Shown here: piece by piece, positions 48,923 to 58,350 of the stretch
Layout of the letters: the number at the start of each line of letters is the position of its first letter
How positions within the stretch are numbered: the first letter of the stretch is position 1
Source: an uncultured Chloroflexia bacterium
Lineage (GTDB): Bacteria > Chloroflexota > Limnocylindria > Limnocylindrales > CSP1-4
Direction: 5' to 3'
Length of the DNA: 64,000 nt
Assembly: GCA_963748625.1 (NCBI GenBank)
Contig: CAVVJT010000003.1
Coordinates: 256,001-320,000, forward strand
Notes under the pieces: generated by a model
What the model was told of the DNA's origin: nothing
The model's database searches: none
Seen by the model: only the letters and a program-made list of their open reading frames with translations
Program-made: the position numbers and the translations under genes

Positions 48923-50383
48923 TCACCCGGGGATCTCGAATGAGAGTGTGCCGTCGTCGAGCACGGTGTCCCAGTTGTACGGCTGGAGCTCGAGGTCTGT
49001 CGTGTGCAAGCTTCCCGGCTCGGCGCCCTCGGACATCTCGAGCCCAAGTCCGGGATTGTTCGGGTCGCGACCCGGGACGTTCACGAGACCGCCGTCCAAG
49101 GCGGTCGCGACGACCTCCTCGCCTCGGGTGCAGTCCAGGCCGTCGCCGAGCACTTCGAACTTGAGGTAGAGCCACGGGTTGGCGTCGAGGTAGTAGAGGA
49201 TGCGGTCTGCCGTCACGCGAACGGTCGCGTTCCGGTTCTTCTCACACAGGGGACGGCTTGATGGATCTGGCGTCGGCCGAAGGTCGACCGGCTTCGCATC
49301 GAGCATGACCACGCGGAGGGGAAGGCCCGGGAGCATGAGGCTGACCGTGTCGTTGACCGTGTCGACGACCGCCGCCGTGCCGTCAGGACCCGTGAACTTG
49401 AACACATCCTTGGTGGCACCGGTGTCCTGCAGGTCGCGCTCGGTGGTGCTGCCAATCGACGTCCAGGGATCCGTGAGCCTGGTCAGGACATCCTTCTCCA
49501 TCTCGCCGGCACCCTGGACAAGCTTGCGCACGGCCAGTTCGTCGCCTGCCGTCTGGGCGGCCCCGAAGGCCGCGTAGGCGGCCACTGCCTTCGCGAGAAC
49601 CGCGTCCGGGTTGAGGTTGCCGCGGTGGACGATCGCCCCGACGGGGTCGCTGGCCTTCTGCTCGTGGAGCAGCGTCCGCATGCCGTCTGCGACGAGCACG
49701 AGCTGCTCGAGCGTGCCGTCCTTGCCATCTCGCTCGGTCTCTTCCACGCCGGTGAGCCAGGTCGGCTCGTTGATCACCTGCTCGGCGGGCGCGGGTTCAC
49801 CCGGCACGATGGACTGCTCGAGGGACACCGACGAGCCGAACATCTCTGCGCGTGGTTGCATGCCATCGACAAGCGCCGTGGCCGCGGCCTTGCTCGTGAC
49901 ATCGGGAAGCAATGCCTCGAGACTCAGCGCGCCCTCGTGCCCGAGCACCGTGATCCGGCGCTGGTCGTCCTTGCCGGTGACGACCATGTTCGTGGTCATC
50001 TGCGCCTCGGTGATGTTCGCGCTCGCTCGGTCTCCCTCGACGGTCCAGGTGACGTTGTAGGCCGTCTCGTCGGTCTTGCTCTTCGTGGCAACGACATCGG
50101 TGACCGTGAGGGTTGCGTCACCGGGCACGAGCGCGAGGCCGGCCGTCGCTCCGAAGTCCTGCCAGCCGTCTGTGTGCTCGGCTGCCTTGCCGGTCGCGAG
50201 CGCCTCCAGGTCGCCACGGATGAGCCCGGGCACCGGGTCCTCGCGGAACACGGTCATCGCGGCCACGACGGCAAGGATCGCGACAACGGCCACGACTGTC
50301 GCGACGATGATCGGCCCACGGCGGCGAGTGGCTGAGGACTGGGCGGGGCCGTCGGTGGTGGCATTGGCGGTCGAGGTGTCCAT
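48923..50383 (-). CDS. Single-TM extracytoplasmic hypothetical protein
   Basis: GGAGGGA SD; N-terminal TM; first gene downstream of promoter motif 50434-50461. Confidence 0.8.
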   Translation of the reverse strand: MDTSTANATTDGPAQSSATRRRGPIIVATVVAVVAILAVVAAMTVFREDPVPGLIRGDLEALATGKAAEHTDGWQDFGATAGLALVPGDATLTVTDVVATKSKTDETAYNVTWTVEGDRASANITEAQMTTNMVVTGKDDQRRITVLGHEGALSLEALLPDVTSKAAATALVDGMQPRAEMFGSSVSLEQSIVPGEPAPAEQVINEPTWLTGVEETERDGKDGTLEQLVLVADGMRTLLHEQKASDPVGAIVHRGNLNPDAVLAKAVAAYAAFGAAQTAGDELAVRKLVQGAGEMEKDVLTRLTDPWTSIGSTTERDLQDTGATKDVFKFTGPDGTAAVVDTVNDTVSLMLPGLPLRVVMLDAKPVDLRPTPDPSSRPLCEKNRNATVRVTADRILYYLDANPWLYLKFEVLGDGLDCTRGEEVVATALDGGLVNVPGRDPNNPGLGLEMSEGAEPGSLHTTDLELQPYNWDTVLDDGTLSFEIPG

Positions 50384-50433
50384 GATTGCGCGTTCCCTCC
50401 GGCATCAGGCGACGAGATGCCGCCGATGAGTAC

Positions 50434-50461
50434 TTGAGCCGCGAGGGAGCCGCGCCTTACA
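50434..50461 (-). promoter_or_regulatory. Putative ECF promoter TGTAAGG-N16-CTCAA (would drive sigma copy 2: autoregulation)
   Basis: Exact motif, 51 bp upstream of the ATG at 50383. Confidence 0.75.
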
Positions 50462-50717
50462 CCTGTGCGCAAAGGAACCCCGAATGTCCTCCCGCGAGCT
50501 GACCATACCGGATGCGATCGGGGCAGCGAGGGCCGCCTGCGCGGGGCGGCTGACGGGGTCAGCGATCACCCTCAACACGACCGTACCGGCCGGCGACGTC
50601 GCAGTGGTCAGGGCAAACCCTGAATGTCGCGCACGGGCAGGATGTGGAGGTGGCAATGCGCCCATGCAGGCAGTCGAACCGCCACGGTGTCACGGGGCCG
50701 ATCAGGCACCCCGGGCG

Positions 50718-51191
50718 TCAGCTCGGGCTGCCCGGCTGCGCTCTAAGCATCTCGTCGACGCCTCCAATCGGGTTGCCATCGGATGCGTCCAGAAGCCTCT
50801 CGATCAGGACCAGCATCTGGTCAGCGTCGAGGTCGCGCGAAGTTCCCCCAACGCACAGCGGGTATCGGGGCACAGGCTCGGGGTCCCCAGGGAACGGTGA
50901 CAAGTTCTCGGCGGCCTCGTGCCAGTCCTTCTCGATCGCGCTCGAGAGCCCGGTCCACAGGAGCAGGGAACCTTCGGACATGGCACCCAGGCGCTCAATC
51001 AGGGCCTGCGTCACAGGGTCGTGGATGCGGGACGCAGGCTTCGTCGACCATCCCCATGCCCGAGGCGACCGCCTGTAATACGCCGTGTCTCGGGCGAGGT
51101 GCCGGACGCGGTGTTCGAGCCCTTGCTCTGCTATGAGCTGACACGCCTCGCGGTAAGCGTTCAGGACGAGGATGCGGGGATCGGCTGTCAT
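50718..51191 (-). CDS. Hypothetical protein
   Basis: Natural-looking ORF MTADPRILVLNAY... Confidence 0.45.
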   Translation of the reverse strand: MTADPRILVLNAYREACQLIAEQGLEHRVRHLARDTAYYRRSPRAWGWSTKPASRIHDPVTQALIERLGAMSEGSLLLWTGLSSAIEKDWHEAAENLSPFPGDPEPVPRYPLCVGGTSRDLDADQMLVLIERLLDASDGNPIGGVDEMLRAQPGSPS

Positions 51192-51696
51192 CAGTCCCAT
51201 CGTGGGCGGGCCGGACCATGCAGCGACGGATGCTTCGGAGCGACGGGGTGGGCCCAGGCGGCGCGGATCGCCCATGCCCTGCCGGCCTGAGCGGGTCGGT
51301 GCATCCGTCTGCCAATGTGCGTTCTCGGTCTGGGCTTTCGGACAAGTACGCCCGGATCTGTTGTCCTTCAGCCAAGGCCCCCAGCGCGGCAAGCGCGGTC
51401 GCATGCTCCTCCGGCGTGAGGTCGGGCAACACAAGTCGGGCGAGATGCTCACGACTCATGAACGAGACCTCAGCGAAGCCCGTACGCCATCACGTGGATC
51501 CACAGCAGCCCCCATATCAGCAGCAACCACGGGTCCGGGCCTCCTCACCCGACCACCAGGCCAACGGGACCCGAGCGGCATTGCGAGCGCTACTTCGGCC
51601 GTGCGGGACCCGATGACGGCTCGAGCGTCGCAGCCGAGATCCCCTCCGCGCAAGGACATTCGGCCTTCGTTCTCGGGCCGGAGGGCGACCATTCGG

Positions 51697-52116
51697 TCAG
51701 TCCCGGAGGCCCGACCCGATGATGCCGATCGCGGCCAGGGTTGCGACGCCGAGCACGATTGCCTCCCAGTTGATGGCGATGAGCACGACTGCCACGCCGA
51801 CAACGACCACCCAGGCGAGCGCCGTCCAGGGGGAGGGGAACCCAACCGTCATCGTGGCGACCGTTGGGCCTGGCTCGCCGCGCGTTATCGGCGCGGGCCC
51901 GGGCGCTGACGTTGGCGCCGCCCGAGGCGCCCGCATCGCTGGCGGAGCGTCAGGCGGGGACGCCCGGACCCAGGCGATGGCCCGGTTGAGCGCAGCCGCC
52001 TCGGCGGTGCTTCCGCCTGCGTCGGGATGCACCTGCTTCATCCGCCGGCGGTACGCGCGCTCGGCGTCCGCCCGGGATGAACCCGCCGCGATGCCGAGAA
52101 CTTGCCACGCTGTCAA
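51697..52116 (-). CDS. J-domain protein with C-terminal TM helices
   Basis: AWQVLGIAAG...AERAYRRRMKQVHPDAGGS...LNRA (intact HPD). Confidence 0.85.
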   Translation of the reverse strand: MTAWQVLGIAAGSSRADAERAYRRRMKQVHPDAGGSTAEAAALNRAIAWVRASPPDAPPAMRAPRAAPTSAPGPAPITRGEPGPTVATMTVGFPSPWTALAWVVVVGVAVVLIAINWEAIVLGVATLAAIGIIGSGLRD

Positions 52117-52241
52117 CGACGAACAACCCGTTCCATGTCCAGCCCGGTCCGACGATCAGGGACGGGTCGTGTCCACACCCCCAGTACCGCACGGAGAAGC
52201 GGCTGGCGCAAGGGGTCGAGGCCAGCGTCATCCCTGTCGTT

Positions 52242-54917
52242 TCACGGAAGGCCCACGGACAGCAGCGACGCCGCCTCGGCCCAGGTCAGGCCCGTGAGCC
52301 TGCGAGGGCTGAGTGGCCCATCCCCTGCCCTGCCCAGCACCCCGCGATCCTCGAGATCAGCGAGACCCGCCGTGTACCGCTCGACGCGTCCCGGCGTGTA
52401 CCCGAGCGAGCGAACCCGGTCGACCATCGAGCGGACGGAGACGACGAGGGGCTCGTCGAGCTCGGCCTGCCAGCGGTAGATGAGCCTCGCGAGCGTGAGC
52501 GGCTCGAGCGCCTCGATCTCGCGGGCCGTCGGGGCACGCGGCTCGGGCGCATCCCGGGGCGGTGCCGGAACGAGTGGCCGTGAGATCCGCCGTCGCAGGT
52601 CGGCGATCAGCTCGCGGATCGTCGCGTTGTCGACGAAGAGCCCCTGCACGACCTGGACCGTGTGGCCATCGGTCGACACGGCGAGGCGACCCTTGATGTT
52701 CGGCAGCAGGCGCCGGTGCTGGTCGAAGAGGATCCGCATAGTCGGAGGCCTGGGCAGATAGCCGGAGATCGCGCAGCCTTGAAACGCTGATCTTGAGCGC
52801 GTGGCGGGATCACGTCCGAGGTCCTGCGCTGAGTGACCAAGCACCAAGTGGAAGCCTGCTGCTCGGCCGAGCTGACCGACGCGACTGCACGGCCCGGATC
52901 ACGCGCTCGAGCTGGTCGCGGTCGAGCAGGTCGCGCAAGTCGGCCCACTCCTCGACGACGAGCAGGTGCGCCGGCCCCTGTCGACTGGATCGAACTCTCG
53001 CCCGGCCTGTTCGCGGTAGCGGGCATCCATCGCTGCCGTGAACGCCTCGAGCGTGCGCCACGACATCGTCACCGTTCTCGGCGATCACCGTTCGCTCGCA
53101 CCTGCGGCGCGTCCGAAAAGAGGACAGTTCGCGCTTCACGCAGTCCAGGAGCCAAACCCGGAGGCGATCGGGGCCGTTGAGGCGCAAGCAGTTGGGCGAG
53201 TGGGCCGAAGACCGCCGACCGGCTCTTTCCGGAGCCCGTGGCCCCGCGACCAGGAGGTGCGGGGTCTCTGCACCGAGCTCGAGGATCAGCGGCTCGCCGC
53301 GGTGGTCAAGACCGATGACGAACGCGAGGTGCCGTCGCCGCAGCACTGGCTCGAGCCGGGTCACGACGCGGTCCAGTCCGTCGCCTCCCCCGATGGGAAC
53401 TCCGGCGTCGCCTTGGGCAACGTGCAGACGAAGCCGTACGGGTCGAGCTTCGTGTCGAGGCGAGCCCCGGGCGTGCGGGCGAAGAGGCCGACCGCCGGCT
53501 GGAGCCCTTTCCAGCTCGTCTCGAGCTCCTGCCACTCCGTCGAGGTCGAGAAGGACGCCCGGTACTCGTACGTGTCGGCGTCGAAGCCGATGTCGGCGCT
53601 CTCGAACCGGTACCGCTCCACGAGACCCGCTTCCCGGAGGGCGCGATCGATGGCGGCCCTGCCCGGTTCGGCGGTCAGGGCTTCATCCTCGGGCGCGGGC
53701 TCGGGCAATCGGTCGAGCGCCACGAAGATCCCTCGCTCGCCAGCCCGCAGCGGATCCTGGGCGACGCGCGGGTCCGACAGGCGCAGTCGCTTCAGGTCGG
53801 CGGCCGTCCAGGAGGTCTCCGCATCCAGCGTCGGGAGGAGCAGTTCCACCGTGGCCCGCGCGAGCAGGGCGTTCGCGGTCGAAGGGGTCGCCCGAAGGAC
53901 GACCGCGTGGAAGCCCGGTCGCGACCATGCGCGGGCGATCTCGAGCCGGTACGGGTACGCCTTCGCACCAGGTGACCGGCCATCGGCCGCGTCCCGGTCG
54001 CCGCTCCGGAGCTTGAGCGTCCCGCTGAGGAGGACGACGTCGAGGGCGGTGAGGAGGCCGTTCCCCAGTTCGCGGAGCTCCCGCTCCTCGTCCGACTCCC
54101 CCGCCCCCGCACTCCAGGTCTCCTCGGCCAAGACCTGGCCGTCGGGCCCCCGCTCGATGGCCGCCGGCACCGCCCACACGCCGTGGGTCTGCTGGTGGCC
54201 CCAGGTCGAGGCCCGTCGCGCGAGGAGGTCCGTCACGCCGGTGCCCGCCCGACCGAACAGGGCAGCCACTCTGGCGAGGACGAGGTCGGCAGTCGATGCC
54301 GGTTCGCGGATTCCAAGGGCGACCCCGGCACCCGCCGCGCCACGAACCGTCCAGGCGACGAGGACGAGGAGCACCCAGGCGACGGCGACCGTGATCGCGA
54401 GCGCGGCACGGGCCACCAGGCGCAGGACGAACGCAGCGACGGGACCGAGGCTGCTCCCGGTCCGCACGGCGGTCGGGCGATGCCCATCGACTTCCTTCGA
54501 CCCGCCGGAGCCAGCTGCCGAGCGAGGATGGCGGCCAGACCGCCGATCACCAGCCAGGCCCACCAGTCCGACGACGGCTGCCCGCACCGCGGAGGCGACT
54601 TGGGCGAGGCCGGATCGCAGTGCGGAACCCGCAGCGTCCACCACGTTCGGCGTCGGATCGGTCAGAAGCGCCAGGAAGACCGCCCAGAGCGCGAGCCGCG
54701 CGCCGAGGGCGAGCCCAGTCCCAATGCTCGGATGGTCGAGCCTGTCCGCGATGGCGGCTGCGGCCCAGAGCACGAGCGGAAGCCAGGCGAGGCGCAGGGC
54801 GCCGGGGCCGATCGCACCGAGGACCGGGCTGTCGGCGACCAGCACCGCGACGACCAGGGTGATGATCGCGGCTGCTCCCAGCGCGACGACCCTCCCTCGG
54901 AGGAGCCGCTCAGCCAC
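52242..54917 (-). pseudogene. FtsK/SpoIIIE-type DNA translocase with N-terminal TMs, broken by several frameshifts
   Basis: Reconstructed across frames: IGLDHRGEPLILEL..TPHLLVAG(A)TGSGKS, LRVWLLDCVKRELS, HLLVVEEWADL, GQLGRAAGFHLVL.TQR..SDVIP, VQGLFVD. Confidence 0.8.
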
Positions 54918-55128
54918 GCCCGGGCTCCGGGTCCGGCGGTTCGACGGGCGGATCCGCGTGCCGTGCCAGGGCCTCCACGGCAGCCCTCGGGATCCTGATC
55001 GTGGGGCGGCTGTCCCCGCGGCGGTAGATCCGGGCCGGCAGGAAGCCGTCCTCCACCCATCGCAGCACCGTGGTGCGATGCACGCCCAGCGTCTCGGCAG
55101 CCTGGCTGCACGTCCAGTACTCGTCCAT
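54910..55128 (-). CDS. Excisionase-like helix-turn-helix protein
   Basis: YWTCSQAAETLGVHRTTVLRWVEDGFLPA...RIPRAAVEAL. Confidence 0.85.
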   Translation of the reverse strand: MDEYWTCSQAAETLGVHRTTVLRWVEDGFLPARIYRRGDSRPTIRIPRAAVEALARHADPPVEPPDPEPGRG

Positions 55129-55251
55129 GCGCCGACGATGGCGCGATCGTCGCGTCCGTCAAACGGACCGGGTGGGTCGTTGTTGATGAAGTTGTCGCAT
55201 TGGTCGGATGTGACGCACCGGTCGTAGACGCAAGACGACGAACGCGGTTCG

Positions 55252-56639
55252 ATGGTCGACATGAACGACACGACCCCCGACATCGCCGCCTGGCTCGAGA
55301 GCCGCCGCGTCACCATCGAGCCCGTCGCCGACGGTGACATCGTCGGCATCGGCCACGCGCTCACCCACTGCCGCAGCCTGCTCGGCCGGCTCCAGCACGA
55401 GGAGCAGGGGGCTCGTGCCGGCGCCGCGTCGGTCCGCTCGATCCTCCTCCAAGGGCCGGCCGGCAGCGGCAAGACGCTGACCGCCCGGTGGTTCGCGGGG
55501 CAGCTCGGCTCCGTGCCGGCCTACGACCTGCCGGCGGAGCAGCTGACCCCGGAGCGCATCCGTGCCGCGTTCACCCACCTCGCGACCACCCCCCGGTCGA
55601 TCGTGTTCCTGGCCGAGATCGACTCGATCGGCCTCAACCGGCGTGATGCCGACCGCGAGTCGCGCCGAAGCCTGTTCGCGCTGCTCGAGGCGCTCGACGG
55701 GCTGGCTCCGGTCCCGGCGGGCAACGGGCCCGTCGTCATCGCGACCACCAACCGTTCGCGGTGCGAGCTCGACCAGGCCCTCATCCGGCCTGGCCGGCTC
55801 GGGACCCACGTCGTGTTCGGACTCCCGACCACGGCCGAGCGCATCGAGCTGTTCCGTCGCTTCGCGGCGCCGTGGATCGGACGGCTCCCCGATCAGCTGG
55901 GATCGGCTCGCCGAGATGAGCGCCCGCTGGAGCCCGGCGGACATCCGCGGCGCCGTCGACGACGCCCTGGGGCTTGCGCTCATGCGTGACGGCCGGGGGG
56001 CGTGCCTGACCGAAGAGGATCTCGTGGCGGCGACCCGCCGGGCCGGCAGGGTCGAGCCCGACGACGAGCAGCCGTTCGCGGATCTCGCCCAGATCGCCGT
56101 CCACGAAGCCGGGCATGCTGCCGTCGCCGATCGCACTCGGGCGCACGGTCCGAAGCGTGCACCTCGCCGTCGGCCGGCGCGGCGGCAGGACCGAGACCGG
56201 GACCGAGGGTGGCCTCCTGACCGATGCCGACGTGCGGGCGGGCGTGGTGGTCGCCCTGGGCGGCGTCGCGGCCGAGGAGCTGCTGAGCGACAGCCCGACC
56301 ACGGGTGCCGAGAGCGACGTCCAGCGGGCGACCGAGCTGCTCATCGCGCGCATCGAGGCCGGTCTCGATCCCGCGTTCCCGCCGGTCTCGCGCCGTGCCT
56401 GGGGCATGTTCGCGCCGCCGCAGGCGGTCGACGCGCTCATCGCGCCGCACGTCATCCGGGCCCTCGGGGCCGCCCGCGAACAGGCGCGGGAGATCGTCTA
56501 CCGCGAACGGGTGGCGATCGAGCGGTTCGCGGAGCTCCTGCTCGCGGAGCCCGACCTCTCCGGCGTCGCCCTTGACGCGGCGCTGGCCGCCGTGGGGTGG
56601 CGCACCCCGACCAGCACCGACCAGATGGAGGCTGCTTGA
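55252..56639 (+). CDS. Soluble FtsH-like AAA+ ATPase / M41 peptidase, two frameshifts (~55885, ~56128)
   Basis: ILLQGPAGSGKT, IVFLAEID, ATTNR...LDQALIRPGR; WSPADI; AVHEAGHA; LGGVAAEEL...TTGAESDVQRAT; no TM. Confidence 0.85.
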
Positions 56640-56641
56640 CC

Positions 56642-56875
56642 ATGGACCGCTCCACCGCTCCGCAGAGCGACCACTTCCCCACCGCGACCACCGAGGACTG
56701 GGCCGTCTTTGCCGAGGCCTACGCCGATCTGGTCGCCGATGCGGTCGGCGACGCTGACATCGCGGCCGCGAACCAGTCCAACGTCGCACCTCAGCGACTG
56801 GCCCGACGCCAGGGCGCGCGGCGCGATCGCCAGGGATTCCTCATGCCCTTGGCGCGGGCCGCCGCCACCGGTTGA
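56642..56875 (+). CDS. Small hypothetical protein
   Basis: GGAGG SD; follows the FtsH-like stop by 2 nt. Confidence 0.45.
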   Translation: MDRSTAPQSDHFPTATTEDWAVFAEAYADLVADAVGDADIAAANQSNVAPQRLARRQGARRDRQGFLMPLARAAATG

Positions 56876-56878
56876 CCA

Positions 56879-56997
56879 TGTGTCCCGAGTGTGTATCCCG
56901 TGCCGTCCGGGACCCCTCTGGTGCGGCCGGGACACAGGATCGGACACAGCGCTCCGCCACAAGATGGATCGAGGCCCCGGGTCGAGCCGGGGCCTCG
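56879..56997. repeat. Inverted pairs of TGTGTCC-type repeats followed by an 11-bp-stem hairpin
   Basis: tgtgtccc 56879, tgtgtatc 56890, gggacaca 56929, cggacaca 56941; cgaggccccgg/ccggggcctcg 56970-56997. Confidence 0.5.
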
Positions 56998-57174
56998 TCC
57001 TGTCCGCATCGCCAGTGACCCGGCGACGATCTCTCGGCCGCGTTGGCGACCCAGCGGACCATCGGCGCACGACGCCACTTGTCAGGCATCCGTGGTTCTC
57101 TGGTGCATCAAGGACGGTTGGTAGTTCGAGTGGGTCATTGCGGCCTTAGGGCTCGCGAGGGACGATGTGGGTCG

Positions 57175-57711
57175 ATGGCTGACAGCAACGAGCCGATCAC
57201 CGCTGACCGACTGGAGAATCTGCCGACGCGGCTGATCGTCGCGTTTGCCGCCGACTGTGCCGAACATGTCCTGCCGATCTTCGAGCGGGCATACCCGGAC
57301 GACCCGCGGCCACGCGCCGCGATCGCTGCCGTCCGCGAGCGGCTGGAAGGAAGATCATCAAGGGAGAGCCTCGATCGCGCCCGTGCAGGGTCCAGCAAGG
57401 CCAGCGGCAGGCCCTGGGGCAACCATGCCGTCACGGGCGCCCCAGGCTGGTATGACGGCATGCTTCCGCTGGACACGGAGTCCGCCGCCGACGCAGCGAC
57501 GGGTGCCGCCCTCGCCGCTCTATCTGCCAACGATGCTGCCGAGTCGGCCCGAGTCGCAGCCCGCGTCGCGGTTGACGCGGTGGAGGCGCTGGTCTACGCG
57601 TGGCAGCATCAGTCTGGGATGGATTTCCCCGCCGCGCAGGCCTACGCTTCTCCTCTCGAGCGTGCCTGGCAGGCCGAGCGCCTCACCGCCCTCGAGTCGG
57701 ACCTCGGCTGA
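57175..57711 (+). CDS. Imm5-like putative immunity-family protein
   Basis: FAADCAEHVLPIFERAYPDDPRPRAAIAA...ERAWQ signature. Confidence 0.75.
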   Translation: MADSNEPITADRLENLPTRLIVAFAADCAEHVLPIFERAYPDDPRPRAAIAAVRERLEGRSSRESLDRARAGSSKASGRPWGNHAVTGAPGWYDGMLPLDTESAADAATGAALAALSANDAAESARVAARVAVDAVEALVYAWQHQSGMDFPAAQAYASPLERAWQAERLTALESDLG

Positions 57712-57749
57712 GTTCACCCGGCAGCCTGTTGCCGGGGTCGTGAAGCGCC

Positions 57750-58208
57750 TTGCTCGGGAGCGCTTGGCATCCCGACGATGGGGACGTGAAACTCCGCTAT
57801 CCGCCACGCTCGCACGCCCCGACGGACCCCGATGCCGTCTGCTCCACCGACCACGGGCCGGGAGACTGGCAGAGGCCGGCTGGAACCGAGCGGCGCCTGT
57901 GGCGAGTCGTCTCCGATGCGCCGCTCACTGATCATCGACATGGGCGGGCGGACTGGGGACTTCAACCCGGAACGGGACTGCGACTCGACGGGGTCCGAAC
58001 CGGGCACATCGAGTATCCCGAGGACGGTCCGCAGTGGCAGCGCGGCGTCTACGAGGTGATCGAGCGACGGTTCTGCGTTCTTGATGGCGCGATGGCCGGA
58101 ACCTGTTGGGAGACCTGGGAGGAACGACCCGTCGGGTCAGGCGTGCCGTTCCGGGGTGATCGGGTGGAGCCAGTCGAGCGGTGGCTCCCCCTCACCAACC
58201 ATTCTTGA
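57750..58208 (+). CDS. Hypothetical protein (start uncertain)
   Basis: ORF in a co-oriented run. Confidence 0.35.
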   Translation: MLGSAWHPDDGDVKLRYPPRSHAPTDPDAVCSTDHGPGDWQRPAGTERRLWRVVSDAPLTDHRHGRADWGLQPGTGLRLDGVRTGHIEYPEDGPQWQRGVYEVIERRFCVLDGAMAGTCWETWEERPVGSGVPFRGDRVEPVERWLPLTNHS

Positions 58209-58350
58209 CGCACAAGGTGGCTCTTGGGGTTCTCTAACCATGGGGCGGTTGCGGAAGCAACCAGCTGACTTTGGACAGGTCGAGCTGTCCCGGGCCTGCC
58301 ATGACCATCAGTCGGTTGTGCCGCGACACGCCCCGTCTGACGATGACCGC

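Larger units (their letters stand above)
40184..48931. repeat. 1176-bp identical direct repeat (40184-41359 = 47756-48931, offset 7572)
   Basis: Direct comparison; covers 50 bp upstream and the sigma-ZAS-TM-linker coding region. Confidence 0.95.

Noticed and set aside
40184-48931. Shufflon or invertible switch exchanging sigma C-termini
   Set aside because: The repeats are direct and long, no short inverted crossover sites were seen at the junctions, and the nearest recombinase is about 6 kb away
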